From Blasia pusilla (lineage: Eukaryota), in assembly GCA_050084515.1 (NCBI GenBank), contig CM114271.1:2480001-2544000 (forward strand): DNA of 64,000 bases, given 5' to 3'. Below, piece by piece: positions 35,854 to 47,600 of this stretch. Made by a program: the position numbers and the translations under genes. Under the pieces are notes generated by a model. That model made no database searches. It saw only the letters and a program-made list of their open reading frames with translations, and was not told the origin of the DNA. Position 1 is the stretch's first letter. The number at the start of each line of letters is the position of its first letter.

Positions 35854-36289
35854 GTTATTTCATATGTTCAACATGTATAATGCATACAATGATTTATTCA
35901 CAAGTTTATTTCTTAGATTATTGCATTTCACTCTCAACACAAATTGATTTGAATCAAATAATTTTTCATCCCAAAAAGTTAGGAAGTATTTTTTCTTTGT
36001 CAAATATACTATATAAATGATATTTACTTAGTGAATTTCCACTTTTAACCAATTAATATCTCCTTGCTTATTTCTATTTTTTAGGTTATAATGGTCATAA
36101 TATATAAATTCTCGCCCCCTTTGTGAATGGAACTATTCATGCTAAACCTCTAGATACTCGTAGTATCTAATTTACGCAAGTAATACAAAGTATCATTGCA
36201 ATAGGAATTTACCTCTTGGAAGCATGGGCATATTCCTAGTATTTGTTTGATTGAAGGATAAGCTTGAGGGACTTGTTACTACTTACTAA

Positions 36290-36773
36290 CAAGGTTTCAC
36301 AAATTCTGTGTATTTATGTGGACATGTGTGTGTCTACGTACATGTGCGTGCAAGCCCAAGTTCTCGCACCCGCGTACCTAGTCCAACAACCCTTCAGTTG
36401 TTCTTGCCACCCATTTTGTAGCTTGGATCAAGCCCATAACTTGCTTGCATAAGCTTGCATCAAGCCCATCTCGCTCGTACCTCCTTGTGGTAGGCTCGTG
36501 CAAGGTGACAAGGCTCGTACTAGTCCGTGGCACACCCACACAATGCAAGCCCTGTACAAGCTTGCCACGGGCCAAGTGGGCTCGGTGTGGGCCATGTGAG
36601 TGCTCCTAGAGTGCGCACTCGTTCGATTCTTGCATGCCTCCCTTAATCCAAGCCCGCTCCTCTTCCCACGTTTCGAGCCCGCATGGGCGATCGAGACACC
36701 AAAAAAACCCAGGCGGGGATCTATTGGGCATGTCCATTCTATGGATAGACAAGTTTGTTTCCGTGCACCCTAG
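36290..36773 (-). mobile_element. hAT-type MITE, same family
   Basis: Ends CAAGGTTTCAC and GTGCACCCTAG. Perfect 8-bp TSD CTTACTAA at 36282-36289 and 36774-36781. Confidence 0.82.
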
Positions 36774-39700
36774 CTTACTAAGGTCTAACTTTAGTTAGTG
36801 CAAGAGGCCAAATGATTATTTAAGTTAAATTTTATGGTATTAGAAATTAGAGTAACAAGTTTAACTTCCTAGCAAGAATTGGTTTTTCCGGTTTTTCTTG
36901 TAGGGTTGTGTTTGTAGGGTTTTGATGGGCATGCCATGCACTTGTAGATGGCGTTTAAGAAAATAGGAGGAAAAGATAGATACCATGACCGCCAATAAAA
37001 GCATCTTGTGTCAAAATTTGGAGCTTGACACGAATGGAGTCCACCTTGAAGTCAAATCTAGATTTTCTTGATTTTGATGTCATGAATTTGCTTTTATCCA
37101 TGTAAGTGCTCACATGTGGAGACTTCTCATCCCATGGGCACCGCGTTCGCCTTTCATGACATGTATGTTTTCTTTTGATGGGAGTGATTTTTTGACCCGT
37201 TGTCTAGGGACTGATCATTCTCATTCAGGTTTGTGGGTAAGAATAAGACTAGCTAGTCTAGACAGATTGTCCCCCACACAATTATTTATGGGGTGCGAAA
37301 GGGAAAAGGGGATGCTCTACTGACTAAGGAATCAACATCAACCACCTTACCAAAATTCAAATTCTAGTGGGTTTAATGTTTGTTTGAAAGCTTTTTGGAA
37401 CCGAAGATCGAAAGTGTTTCACCTAATCTCAAGAATTTCAACATCCTCCATCTACTAGTGACATCACATGCATTAATCATAAGTAGGTACTTTTCATGTT
37501 TTTTCTACTTTCCAAGATGGTTTAATGGAATATTAGATAGATCTAACTATTATTGTGTGTGTTGCACACAATAAGAATTCTTATAATATTTCTGTCACAA
37601 CTTCTCTAAACTTTCTCATGTGTCTTGTCTAAACCTAAATAGTACTCTTTAATTTTATGAGGAATAGCAAGTGTTGGAGGAGTTCCAATCTTACAAAAAT
37701 AGATGTCCAACGCATACAGAGTCAACTAGTGAACGTACTATTTTCAAAATGATATTTATTTCAAGAAGGGCTTCACTTCTTTAGGAAGCCCTTCTTGAAG
37801 CATCCAAAAAATGTAACCCCTACTTGTCATTGTATTACAACATAGATTTCATTTCTTGCTACTTAAGATGGTTGACTCTAAAAGAACTCTTCGATATTCC
37901 TATTAATCTAAGCTTTGATCCTTATTTCCACTACTACAACCTTCTTGCTAGTGTCTTGTACCTCTACATTCTAGAAAGCCACAAGACAATTACAATCAAT
38001 CCCTACGGTTTGTACTTTTGGATGTAAGCATGGCACATGTATTCTTGTGGCTATGGATAAATTATCATTTTTGTAAATGAGACTTTTTGATATGTAAAAA
38101 CTGATTTTTTATTTTAATTGCTCAACCATAGTACTCATTGTAGCATTAGGGATACGCATGCCCTAATAACCATGGCTACTTCCTACATTATGACGGCTTT
38201 TCACAAGTCTCTAAAAATAAAACAACACCATTGGAAAAGAGAGGCAATAAAAGGTACTCCCACGCAGATAGAGGATCCATTTTTTGGATGTAGTGAACAA
38301 AGTCTAATTATATACCATTCATACTAGAGTTTGAAATTTGATCCTCCCCACCATTCAAAAGCTCCTGTAACCCGAATGCAATTCTATCATGTGGCCCTAA
38401 ATGACATGTTTCCAACATAAATTTTAGGGCAAATCAATATGAGATTCGCCGATAATTACTGAGACTAGTGTAAAAAAAAAAGAAAGTTGTACAACGAACA
38501 TGGTGTTTTACTATATTGAACTAGAAAATGGGGAAAATAGTGTTCCTAGACCTCATGCTATGCTAAGGAGGATGTGGATTGTAGAAGGTAGAGTTGAAAA
38601 AGTCCACTAAATCCAATAAAAGGAAACTTGGAAACACCTCGGGAACCAGAAAATTTGGAAAAGTGTATCTCATCCTAAAATTTCCTCTGCGGATGTTGCA
38701 TCTATGAAATCTCCATGGCTGGGGTATATTAATTACAGACTCCATGTTCTTGCTAACTCTGCCGGATTTGAGGTCATCCGATTTGTTGACAACCGAGAAG
38801 TGATGATTTGGACTTGGCGGAAAGGGCATGTTAATGTGAGCCTCTGACCTAATTTTCTCCGCAAGAGAATGATGTGGTAAATGGCAGATCTTGCTATTTC
38901 TCTCGGTTCCATTTTCGTCCTTAACTTTTCTGCATGCGGTTTCTTCTTAGGCGCTTACGACAAAGAGTGAGCGAGATGGAAGTCAGGAAGAATGGGAATC
39001 TCTACAGCGCAGGGGTTGCGATTTGGGCCTCTCTTTGCTTCAGATCCTAGACTGCGGATCTATGATCTGCGTAAGCCAAACTGAAGATTCCACAGGCGTT
39101 AATATCCAGAAAAGTCCCCAGAGTTTTGGCGGAAAGGCATAGATGCCAACGGCTCGCGCCGATGTTGTTTCTCGAGCTTGGGAGACCGTGAGAGTCTCTC
39201 GTCATGGTCTCTCGCTCGCTACAAAGAAGTGCAAAAGTCTTGGGAATCCGCGCCGTCTATCACAGTTGTGACATGTCGTCTCATAATGGTTCCACATCGT
39301 CGCAGCAAGTCGTGAAGGTTTGTTTTCCGCAACCCGACGCCAGAACGCACATCTTCTGATTTGTCGTCTTCTGATACGCAGAGTTTCAAATTTTACGTCC
39401 TCCCCGATCAAGCACGGGACTGTGAGTACTTCCACTGATCACGTTACATGTGGCTATGGAGTACGAGTTGAATCGAATTGCGTCGGGCTAGTGTTGTTGC
39501 TACATTCCACCGATCACGTCATCCATGCCTATGGAGTCTCGGTAAGATCGAGTACCGAGTCGTTGCGCTTGACGCATTCCCGATATATCGAGTCTGCCGG
39601 AATTTCCACAATTCTCACGTCAAATCGAATCGCCGCCTGCGAGTTTACTTCCAATTGATGCCTCTGATCACTTCAAAGGTGGCCATGGATTAAGGGATGA

Positions 39701-39869
39701 TGAAATCGAATCTGGCGGCACTGCTACGATTGTCACGATTGCTTATTTATTGGTTGATACGCTCTGGTCACTCCAATCCAAGCGAATTGCGATTCCAAAG
39801 GAATCCGGATCATTCCCTCTTGATCCACAACTGTGCTCGACTCGACTGCTTCCTTCGGCCTTCCATTCC

Positions 39870-40525
39870 CTTCCGAAGGTGCGCACTGCACTCCACTGTT
39901 TCCCTCTGTCATTCATTCTCATACCTCGCGCGATTGCGTCTACCGATCCTCCATTGTCATCCGCATTCCCATACCAAGGTGCGCTCCATTGCTTTCCTCG
40001 GTCTCCCATTATCATCCAAAGGTGCGCGCGATTGCGTCTTCCGAACCTCCAGTCCGAACCAAAGGTACACTCCATCGCTTCCCTCCGTTCGGTATTCCAT
40101 TATAATCCAAAGGTGCGCGCGATTTCCTCTCCCGAACTTCCATTCGCATCCACATTCGCGATCAATTGGTTCCTTCCATAATACATTATAATCCAAATGT
40201 GTGCGCAATTGCTTCTCCGGGTCCTCCACTCTCATCCGCAGATTCCAATTTCTTCCTTTGGTATTCATTCCATTATAATTCAAAGTTGCGCGATTACTTC
40301 TTCCGGTCCTCCATTCTCATCCACATTCGCGCTCCCTCCAGTGCTTTTTTCGGTATTGCATCATATCATAATCCAAACTTGCGCGCGTTTGCTTCTTTCG
40401 GTCCTCCGGAGATTCTCGTCCATAGATTCCAGAGGTGCGCTCCATTGCTTCTCTCGGCCTTCCATAGTAATCCAATCGTGCGCGTGATTGCTCTTGCGGT
40501 CCACCATTCTTATCCACAAATGCGC
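39870..40525. repeat. Degenerate minisatellite, about 7 units of ~90 bp
   Basis: Core CCATTATAATCCAAAGGTGCGCGCGATTGCTTCTTCCGGTCCTCCATTCTCATCC recurs near 40007, 40097, 40184, 40271, 40364 and 40462, with a partial unit near 39915. Confidence 0.8.
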
Positions 40526-41849
40526 TCGAACTCCTCCTCCGCTCTTCAGTTGTCACTTCAGTAGTCGTTCCTTCCCCCTTTGGACGGCGGATCTGATCGT
40601 CGCCGTTGTCCACGCCCATACTCTGTCCGCGGACTCGTCTCGGAGACTTAATGAAAGGATTTTCATATTATCTTATTTTCTAGTTTTTGAAAAATATTAT
40701 ATTTTTTATTTTTTTAATATATATATATTCATTATTTCGAAAAAGAAAGATTCAAGTGATAAAAAGGAATAACTTGTTTAAAGTTTAACATCTATATTAT
40801 TATGAGAGAACATAAACATTAGGTAGGAACAAATTTATGTTAATTCATGAACTTATTTTTCATATATCAAATGTATAGTATTTTAGAAAGAAGAATCTTT
40901 TTGTATAAAACTAGTCACCTTTTTATTCCTAATTAATTCTTACTGCTCCTTTTTGGAGTAATGAAAAATGGGTTAAATTGTGACTTTTAATAGAAAGTAA
41001 TCATCAAGTTGGGAAGCACACATTGGATCTCCAAGTTGAAGTTTTGTAAGGGATTGGTGACATGATTTTAGGTGGCATGTTGGGAGATGGAGCGATAAGA
41101 GAGCCCCAAATCCATTTCGGGTTTAGAGTGGGGATGGCAAATAGAAATATATTACTCATGCAAGGATCATGTACTAGTAAGAGAAAATGGGAGAATCAAG
41201 AACAAAAAAGAGGAAACTTAATAAGTGAACGAACTGTGAGCCAAATGAAAGGAATCCCCTAAAACCTACTTTAAAAAAAAACAATTGGATGCACATTGCA
41301 ATGCATGAGTCATTATCACAAAAATGTGACTAAGGACTTAACTTATCCCTCAAATCAATTTTGAACTATTATGTTGGTTTAGATAGCGAGAATCCTATTG
41401 ATTGATGGGATCAAGTGTCAACAAGAGAGGAGTTAATCAAATAATCCTTCACATATTTCTTATGAATCCTAAGACACGTGGCATAAGAAGAGTGTTCAAC
41501 ATTGTGGAGAGTTTAAAATTGTGTGACTACTAACCCAAATAATAGAATGGATTTCCAATAATTTATCTCATAAAATTACCTAGACTAATCTAAATTAAAT
41601 TCCGCTTGGAAGATTCTGCCAAAAACCAGCAAAGAAAAAATATACTATAATTAGAGGGTTGGAAAATACTTCTCTACACATAATAAGGCAAAAAAGAATT
41701 TCTTTTAGTGGTACTCCAAATAACCCCAACATAATCAAAGTTAAAAATGATGTGAGACGGTCACAAGTATTTATCCTCCAGTCAATTCATTTCTTTTCTA
41801 TTTTATAATTGCACCAATTTCTTACCAATTTTCCGTTCATAAAATCCTA

Positions 41850-42065
41850 CAAAATTCAGTTCACTCTTTAATAGGCCAAAATCCAAAAAGAGTGAACTGA
41901 ATTTTGTCACCTAAATAATTTTTAGGTGACAATTATTTAGGTGACAAATAATTGTCACCTAAACAATTATTTGTCACCTAAATAATTGTTTAGGTGACAA
42001 ATAATTATTTAGGTGCAATGCAATGCCTTTACACATCCCCTAAACTTCTGTCACCTAAATAATTG
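41850..42065. repeat. 20-bp perfect inverted repeat plus a cluster of eight TGTCACCTAAA motifs in mixed orientation
   Basis: Arms at 41850-41869 and 41887-41906. Motifs at 41905(+), 41921(-), 41936(-), 41953(+), 41972(+), 41989(-), 42008(-, variant) and 42049(+). Confidence 0.85.
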
Positions 42066-42338
42066 TTTTCTCCCATTAGAAAATCCAAACTATCACTCGC
42101 TAAAAGAAAATTGTCTCTATTTTAAAAACTCCTAATTTGACGGATAATCCTTCAAATTAATAAACCCCAAAAACAGAAACGAACATGGTATTTAGAAGAT
42201 CTTGCAAATGTTAGCTAACGACAAATTTTAACTCATATAGAACCTTCTCCAAATACTACTCCTAATTTCAACCTAAACAAGGGTACCTTGGAAGTTGGAA
42301 GATCTTGCCAGTGATTACTTATGACACACTAATTAATT

Positions 42339-42461
42339 GGGGGAATGCCCCCTTCTTCCTTTTCTGGTCCTGTTGTGGCCTTCAGGTTTTGACTCTTTGA
42401 GTCCCCCTCTTTTGTACTTCCGATGGGTTTTCCATCACTCGTTTTTATCGAAGTGCATCTT
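42339..42461 (+). repeat. ~122-bp dispersed repeat, copy 1
   Basis: Near-identical to 55159-55281. Confidence 0.9.
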
Positions 42462-43030
42462 CGTTTCTAATTGAGGCTCACATTAAACCTCCTCTAAGAG
42501 GATCCAGACAATGATTATTTTGCACTAACATGATCGATGAACACAAAACAAACAAACCCAACGGTCTTTTCTAAACCGAAGCTCTTGGGATTCTTGGGAA
42601 ACAAACAAAAATGGAATACTTTAAGCCCTTAAGGATATAGGCAATGATCACTTCATAAGATTCCAATATTCTTATTGAACGCACTAGGATTATGCCTATG
42701 TATGCGACCAAGGACGTAAATAAATATTTAAGTAGATACTAGATATGGCTTCACTTTAAATGGCGGATTGGAATCACCCCTGAAAACTTTAAATTATCTT
42801 GTTTAAGTTATTATGTGTAAAAGAAAAAGGCCAAAAATTAACCATACCCTATTAGAAGTAGTGAGATTTCAGGATACCAATCAAGAGTGGAGGGGGGACT
42901 CTTTTATTTTGGGGGGGGTTAAGTGGGGTCTAATTATCCCAAGTCTCTTGCCCGATGGTAAAATTCCCCGTTTGTTGGATAAGTTTTGGATTGTTTACGT
43001 TATTTCATATCAGCAAGTACTTGTGCACAA

Positions 43031-43385
43031 TATATAATTAAAAGAGGATGGGGCTTGAGGAACCCTTCCTGTGACACCTCTACTTTTTGCCCTTCTCCAA
43101 TGTTGACACGTGTTATATTAACAAAATAATTAAAATAACTCAAACGTATTTTCCTCATAGTGATTGTCACTCGTGCATGACACGCGTATTATGCTATTAC
43201 TAGCATGATGTCCATGCTATGCACGGGTGAGAGGGAAAATAAATTTCATCTCTTCAATATTTGGTCTTCTCAATTCAACTACTCTTTAAATGTGATGCTT
43301 GTCGATAGCAAAAGAGGTTTGAAAGGACAAGTGTCAACACCGGAGGAGGGTTTCTCTAACCCTCATCCTCTCTTAATAATATAGA
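43031..43385. mobile_element. Tail-to-tail pair of short non-autonomous Helitron-like elements (43031-43197 plus, 43200-43385 minus)
   Basis: The minus copy starts A^TCTATATTATTAAGAGAGG and ends CCCGTGCATAGCATGGA-x7-CTAG^T. The plus copy starts TATATAATTAAAAGAGG and ends CTCGTGCATGACACGCG...CTAT. Confidence 0.65.
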
Positions 43386-44659
43386 TTTGGAGGTAGATTT
43401 TACGTAGATGAAAAATAACTCATAATTTCAAATTTGGCAATGACACATGTCAATAGATAGTTTAACCGCGTATTTTCTGTCAATACTTAGATCTCTCCCA
43501 TGTTGCTTTGTGTTTGGAGAGCATACTTGACACTATTTTTTAGGTGGAAGGATGTCGCCATCGAGGAGGAACTTCTCAAATAATAGTATAGATGGGATGC
43601 TCTATAATATAATTATGCACTATGTGATCACTCACATAGTGCATAATATGGTTGTCAATTTTTTTCAAATTGTAGTGGAGGTGGGAGGGGGATGATTCCA
43701 CGCGTCCTAAAAAAATAAGAACATCATTATTTTATTAATTTTGGTGAATTAGGGAATGAATAATATGTTATATAAAATTTGAACGAAATTGTTATTTTTG
43801 GATCTTAAAAGTCATTGGCACGAGCGGGTTAATAATTTAGTAAACGAATGAAAAAAAATCAGTTTTTTTATTTTCTGAAGCTTGAGAGATCACTCCATTG
43901 TGTTTTGTACATGACTACTTTACACATGAGTTTCATTCTCCTTTAGAGAGCTACAAGATGTTCATATCGACTAAAAAAAAAATTCCTTGCCTTGTGGATA
44001 TCTCAAGATATTGATCATAGGATAAATTCCCATTGAATTGTGATGTTTGAAGGGGTGGCATTTTGTTACAATGCCACCCCTTCAAACATGGCACGACAGG
44101 AGGAAAGAACACATATGGGAACATGAAATAATAGCAAGGAGATCCTCCACTCCCAAAAAGGCCAAAACTAATGGGGGTAAAACATTTTGACCATTTTTGG
44201 CAGCAAGGGGCAAACAATAAAGGACAATCCTCAAGGTGATCTTTTAAGGGTGATCTAATAATTGCTTCATTGATTGAAGGATGATCATGTTGAAGTTTCT
44301 AGAAAATTGATTCATCCTATGTCCTAAATAAGGGCCATATCACCACTTAAAATTTAAATTTTGGTGAGGTTATGGTTTTAATGAGAAGTGGTAGGGAATA
44401 GACCTTCCTCTTAAAATTAAGCATTAACAAAATTTTGTAGGAACTTTTTAAAGAGGACCCAATTATTGCAAGATATCCTCAATGATGTCCAAGGCTCTAT
44501 ATCTAGTAATGCCTCTACAATACAACACTGTCTTGAACCTTCCACGATAAAATTTATTTTTGTTTGAAAAGGCTCACTGTATTTGGGATCGATGGCTATC
44601 ACCTTGTATGCATCTTACCATATAAATTCCCCAAATATTTAATCATAAAATAAAAGAAA

Positions 44660-47600
44660 CGCATTCCCTCATAGCGGAGGGAGGGTGGATGTGGCTTGAT
44701 ATGCCGATGGAGATTCGAGAGTGGAGTTGGCTATATGAGCCTTTTTACTCATATTTTACATGAGAAAGATGTTGAGACACATGAGCCAATGCCGACCAGT
44801 AGTCGCATCCGCTCATAACAAGTTCGATGTCGATGTGTTGTTCGAGGAGATTGTCGTGCCGCGGTGGTTTCCACGTCACATCGAGGAGTCAATTTTGATC
44901 GTGCAATACAGTGATGGCATGCATGTTCATGTTACCAGTTTGAGTCTCTTTTCTTGCACTTGTCTCGTGTCATTGAGGGTGGTGGGTATCGGGTAGAGCT
45001 TAGGCTAGATAGGTATGGCGATGGTGACGAGTGTAGATTTCTTAAATGTGTAGCATGTTTGTGGATATAGGGTGGTCGCCCAAGTAGGGATGGCATGTCA
45101 TCAGCTTAGATAAGCTAGTTTAGAAGGCTCAAGGTGAGCATGAGTGTTGAGAGTGCGTGAGGCCAGGTGTGTCGTCACTTGATTATCATTAGCGTAGGTG
45201 AGCTAGGGAAGAGTGTGGGAGACTCTCAGTGAGTGTGAGTGCTTGAGCAGGTGAGGAAGGGTTCAAAAGAATGGGTTAGTGGAGTGACATGGAGTGGAGT
45301 GAGATACTCAGAGGTTTTGAGTGAGGAGATATTTCGACTCTCATCCGTAGTTGGATCGTCATCACTGGACAACACGTTTGGTGATGAGATTGCAGACAGA
45401 GAGAGTATCATGTAGAGGGAGGTGGATGACATGGGCCACTAGGGCATCTCTCATTTCTCGGGTGCGCTAGGCACCATTGATCTAGATGGCTTCATCCAAG
45501 AGTTTGACACATGGTGCAACTTCTTGGAGATATGAGCCCCTACGCGGTTCAACCCTTTCGTGCAAGGCTCGGCTAGTGCCGAAATTCTTTGTAAAGCCTG
45601 CCGACAAATTTTTAGAATTTCTGAATGGATTTGAAGTTAACCGGGAAGACAACCCGTGAGAAAAATCAAGTGATTGGAAACCAACTCTTTAGTACGAAAA
45701 TTGATGGCAGTTTTGAAGAAAGTGTGCGGGAGGGTCCGGAAATATTATCCAAATAACTTTCCAAACGTTATATATTTTCCGAGTAAGAAGGAGTCTACCG
45801 GATGGAGCCTTACGTGTTTCCATGGGACTAGGGTTAGTGCGAGGGTAATAGGTTACTTTAACTAGTTCAAGACCTTATCCACATAAGTAATGGAGTAAAA
45901 AACTGGGCACCAGACGAATTTCTTGGAGGAGACGTTCTAGAAAAAATGGGAGACTTGCCATTTTCTCCAGGAAATGCCGAGCAATCATCTACCGAATTAA
46001 CTCTCCAAACGGCATATATTTTCCTAGTAAGAAGGAGTCTGCCAGATGGTGCCTTACGTATTTCCATGGGACTAGGGTTGGTGCGAGGTAGGTTACTTTA
46101 ACTTCTTTGAGACCTTATCTATAGAATTAATGGAGTAAAAAACCTAGCACTAGACGAATGTCTTGGAGGAGATGTTGTGAGAAAACGGGAGACTTTCTAT
46201 TTTCCCCAGGAAACGTCGAGCATTCATCTAGGTGTTGGGAATAAGTGGAAGAGGCAAACATAACCAAGGGAACAAGAGACTAGATCGATGAGGAGTCGGG
46301 ATAGAGTTGGTTGCTTTTAGAGAATACCTAAATGGTTACCCATGTGCCAGCAAAAAACTGGATAGATGAAAAATACTAGCCGAGCCCTGCTTTAATGGTG
46401 TAGAAGGGTTTATTCCAGCATTTAGAGGGTCCTTTGATAGATAACTACATGGAGTTATGGTCTTTACACTCGCTAGAGATCGATACGTGGAGGAGGTATT
46501 GGGCTCTAGGGTATGTATCCACTAGTGGCCGTGAGGTGTATGATGGGATAGTGAGAGGAGAGAGAACTACACTAGGGAGATGGAGATGATGGTAGTGAGG
46601 GCCGTGAGTTAATAGAGACCTCTAGTGCTAGAGCACCACCCAATTTCACTACAATAGTTGAGGAGGGGCTACAAGGCGTGTAGACCGACAAGCTGAAAAG
46701 TCTACACGATTTTCAACGAAGATCGGGTAAGAGTCTAAGAGAGGCGTTCACATGCATGTATCGAATGATCATTGCTACATATGGAGTAATTGAGGTGCAA
46801 TCAGTCCAGTATTGGTATGTGGTTATGGACTAGGAGCTATGGAGGAGAGTCTGAGATGTGATGTTGCTTCACATGACGAAGCCCACATTGAAGGTGATCT
46901 TCGAGTTGTTTGAGTGGTTTGATCTCAATATGAATGAGGAGCAAGCGGTGACCACAAGATTCTCATGAGAGCTAGTAGATCCACATATGTCAATAGCCCC
47001 ACAGGTACCCCAATGTGCACTAGTACAACAGGAGCACGCGGGCATGCCCAGAGAACATAGTGGGTATCATGAGTCTATGAGGCAACAACCCGTATCGACA
47101 TATGTTGGCCAGTAGGGACAAAAAATGGTCCGTTGGATATGTGGTGGGCCCCATAGGTAGAGGGACTGTCCACAACATGGTAGAGGGACGAGGGGCCGAG
47201 GGGGCCTCTGATTTCTCAGGAGCCACCTAGGATGCCCCTACCTCAATTGTAGTGTAACCATTGTCATCACTATGGTCATACTAGGGATCCGGATATGTGT
47301 TTTGATCTTCACGGAGAGCTTCATGTAGAGGTAGGTTGAGGGTCTGGGGACAAGAAAGTTGGTGGAGATAAAGGAGTTGATGATTGTGGTGGTAGGGTTT
47401 CACCACCAATTAGAGGAGATGGAAGACGTGCATCCGATGCACCGCTCCTCACTCGCATAGATCGGTTGGAGTAGAAAATTGTTGCCATGATGATGATGTA
47501 GCCATTGACAGGTATGGAGCCGAGAGTAGCTAGTGTGGCTCCAGCCTCGTTTGTCGTATTAGGATACGGGGTAGTATTATGAGGGTTTGAAGTTTATGTG

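Noticed and set aside
37600-38850. Possible Helitron Rep/helicase or transposase relic
   Set aside because: Looks like decayed coding DNA, but I could not recover a diagnostic motif in any frame.
39870-40525. CRISPR-like repeat-spacer array
   Set aside because: Repeats are long and degenerate, spacers are partly related to the repeats, there are no cas genes, and the context is eukaryotic.
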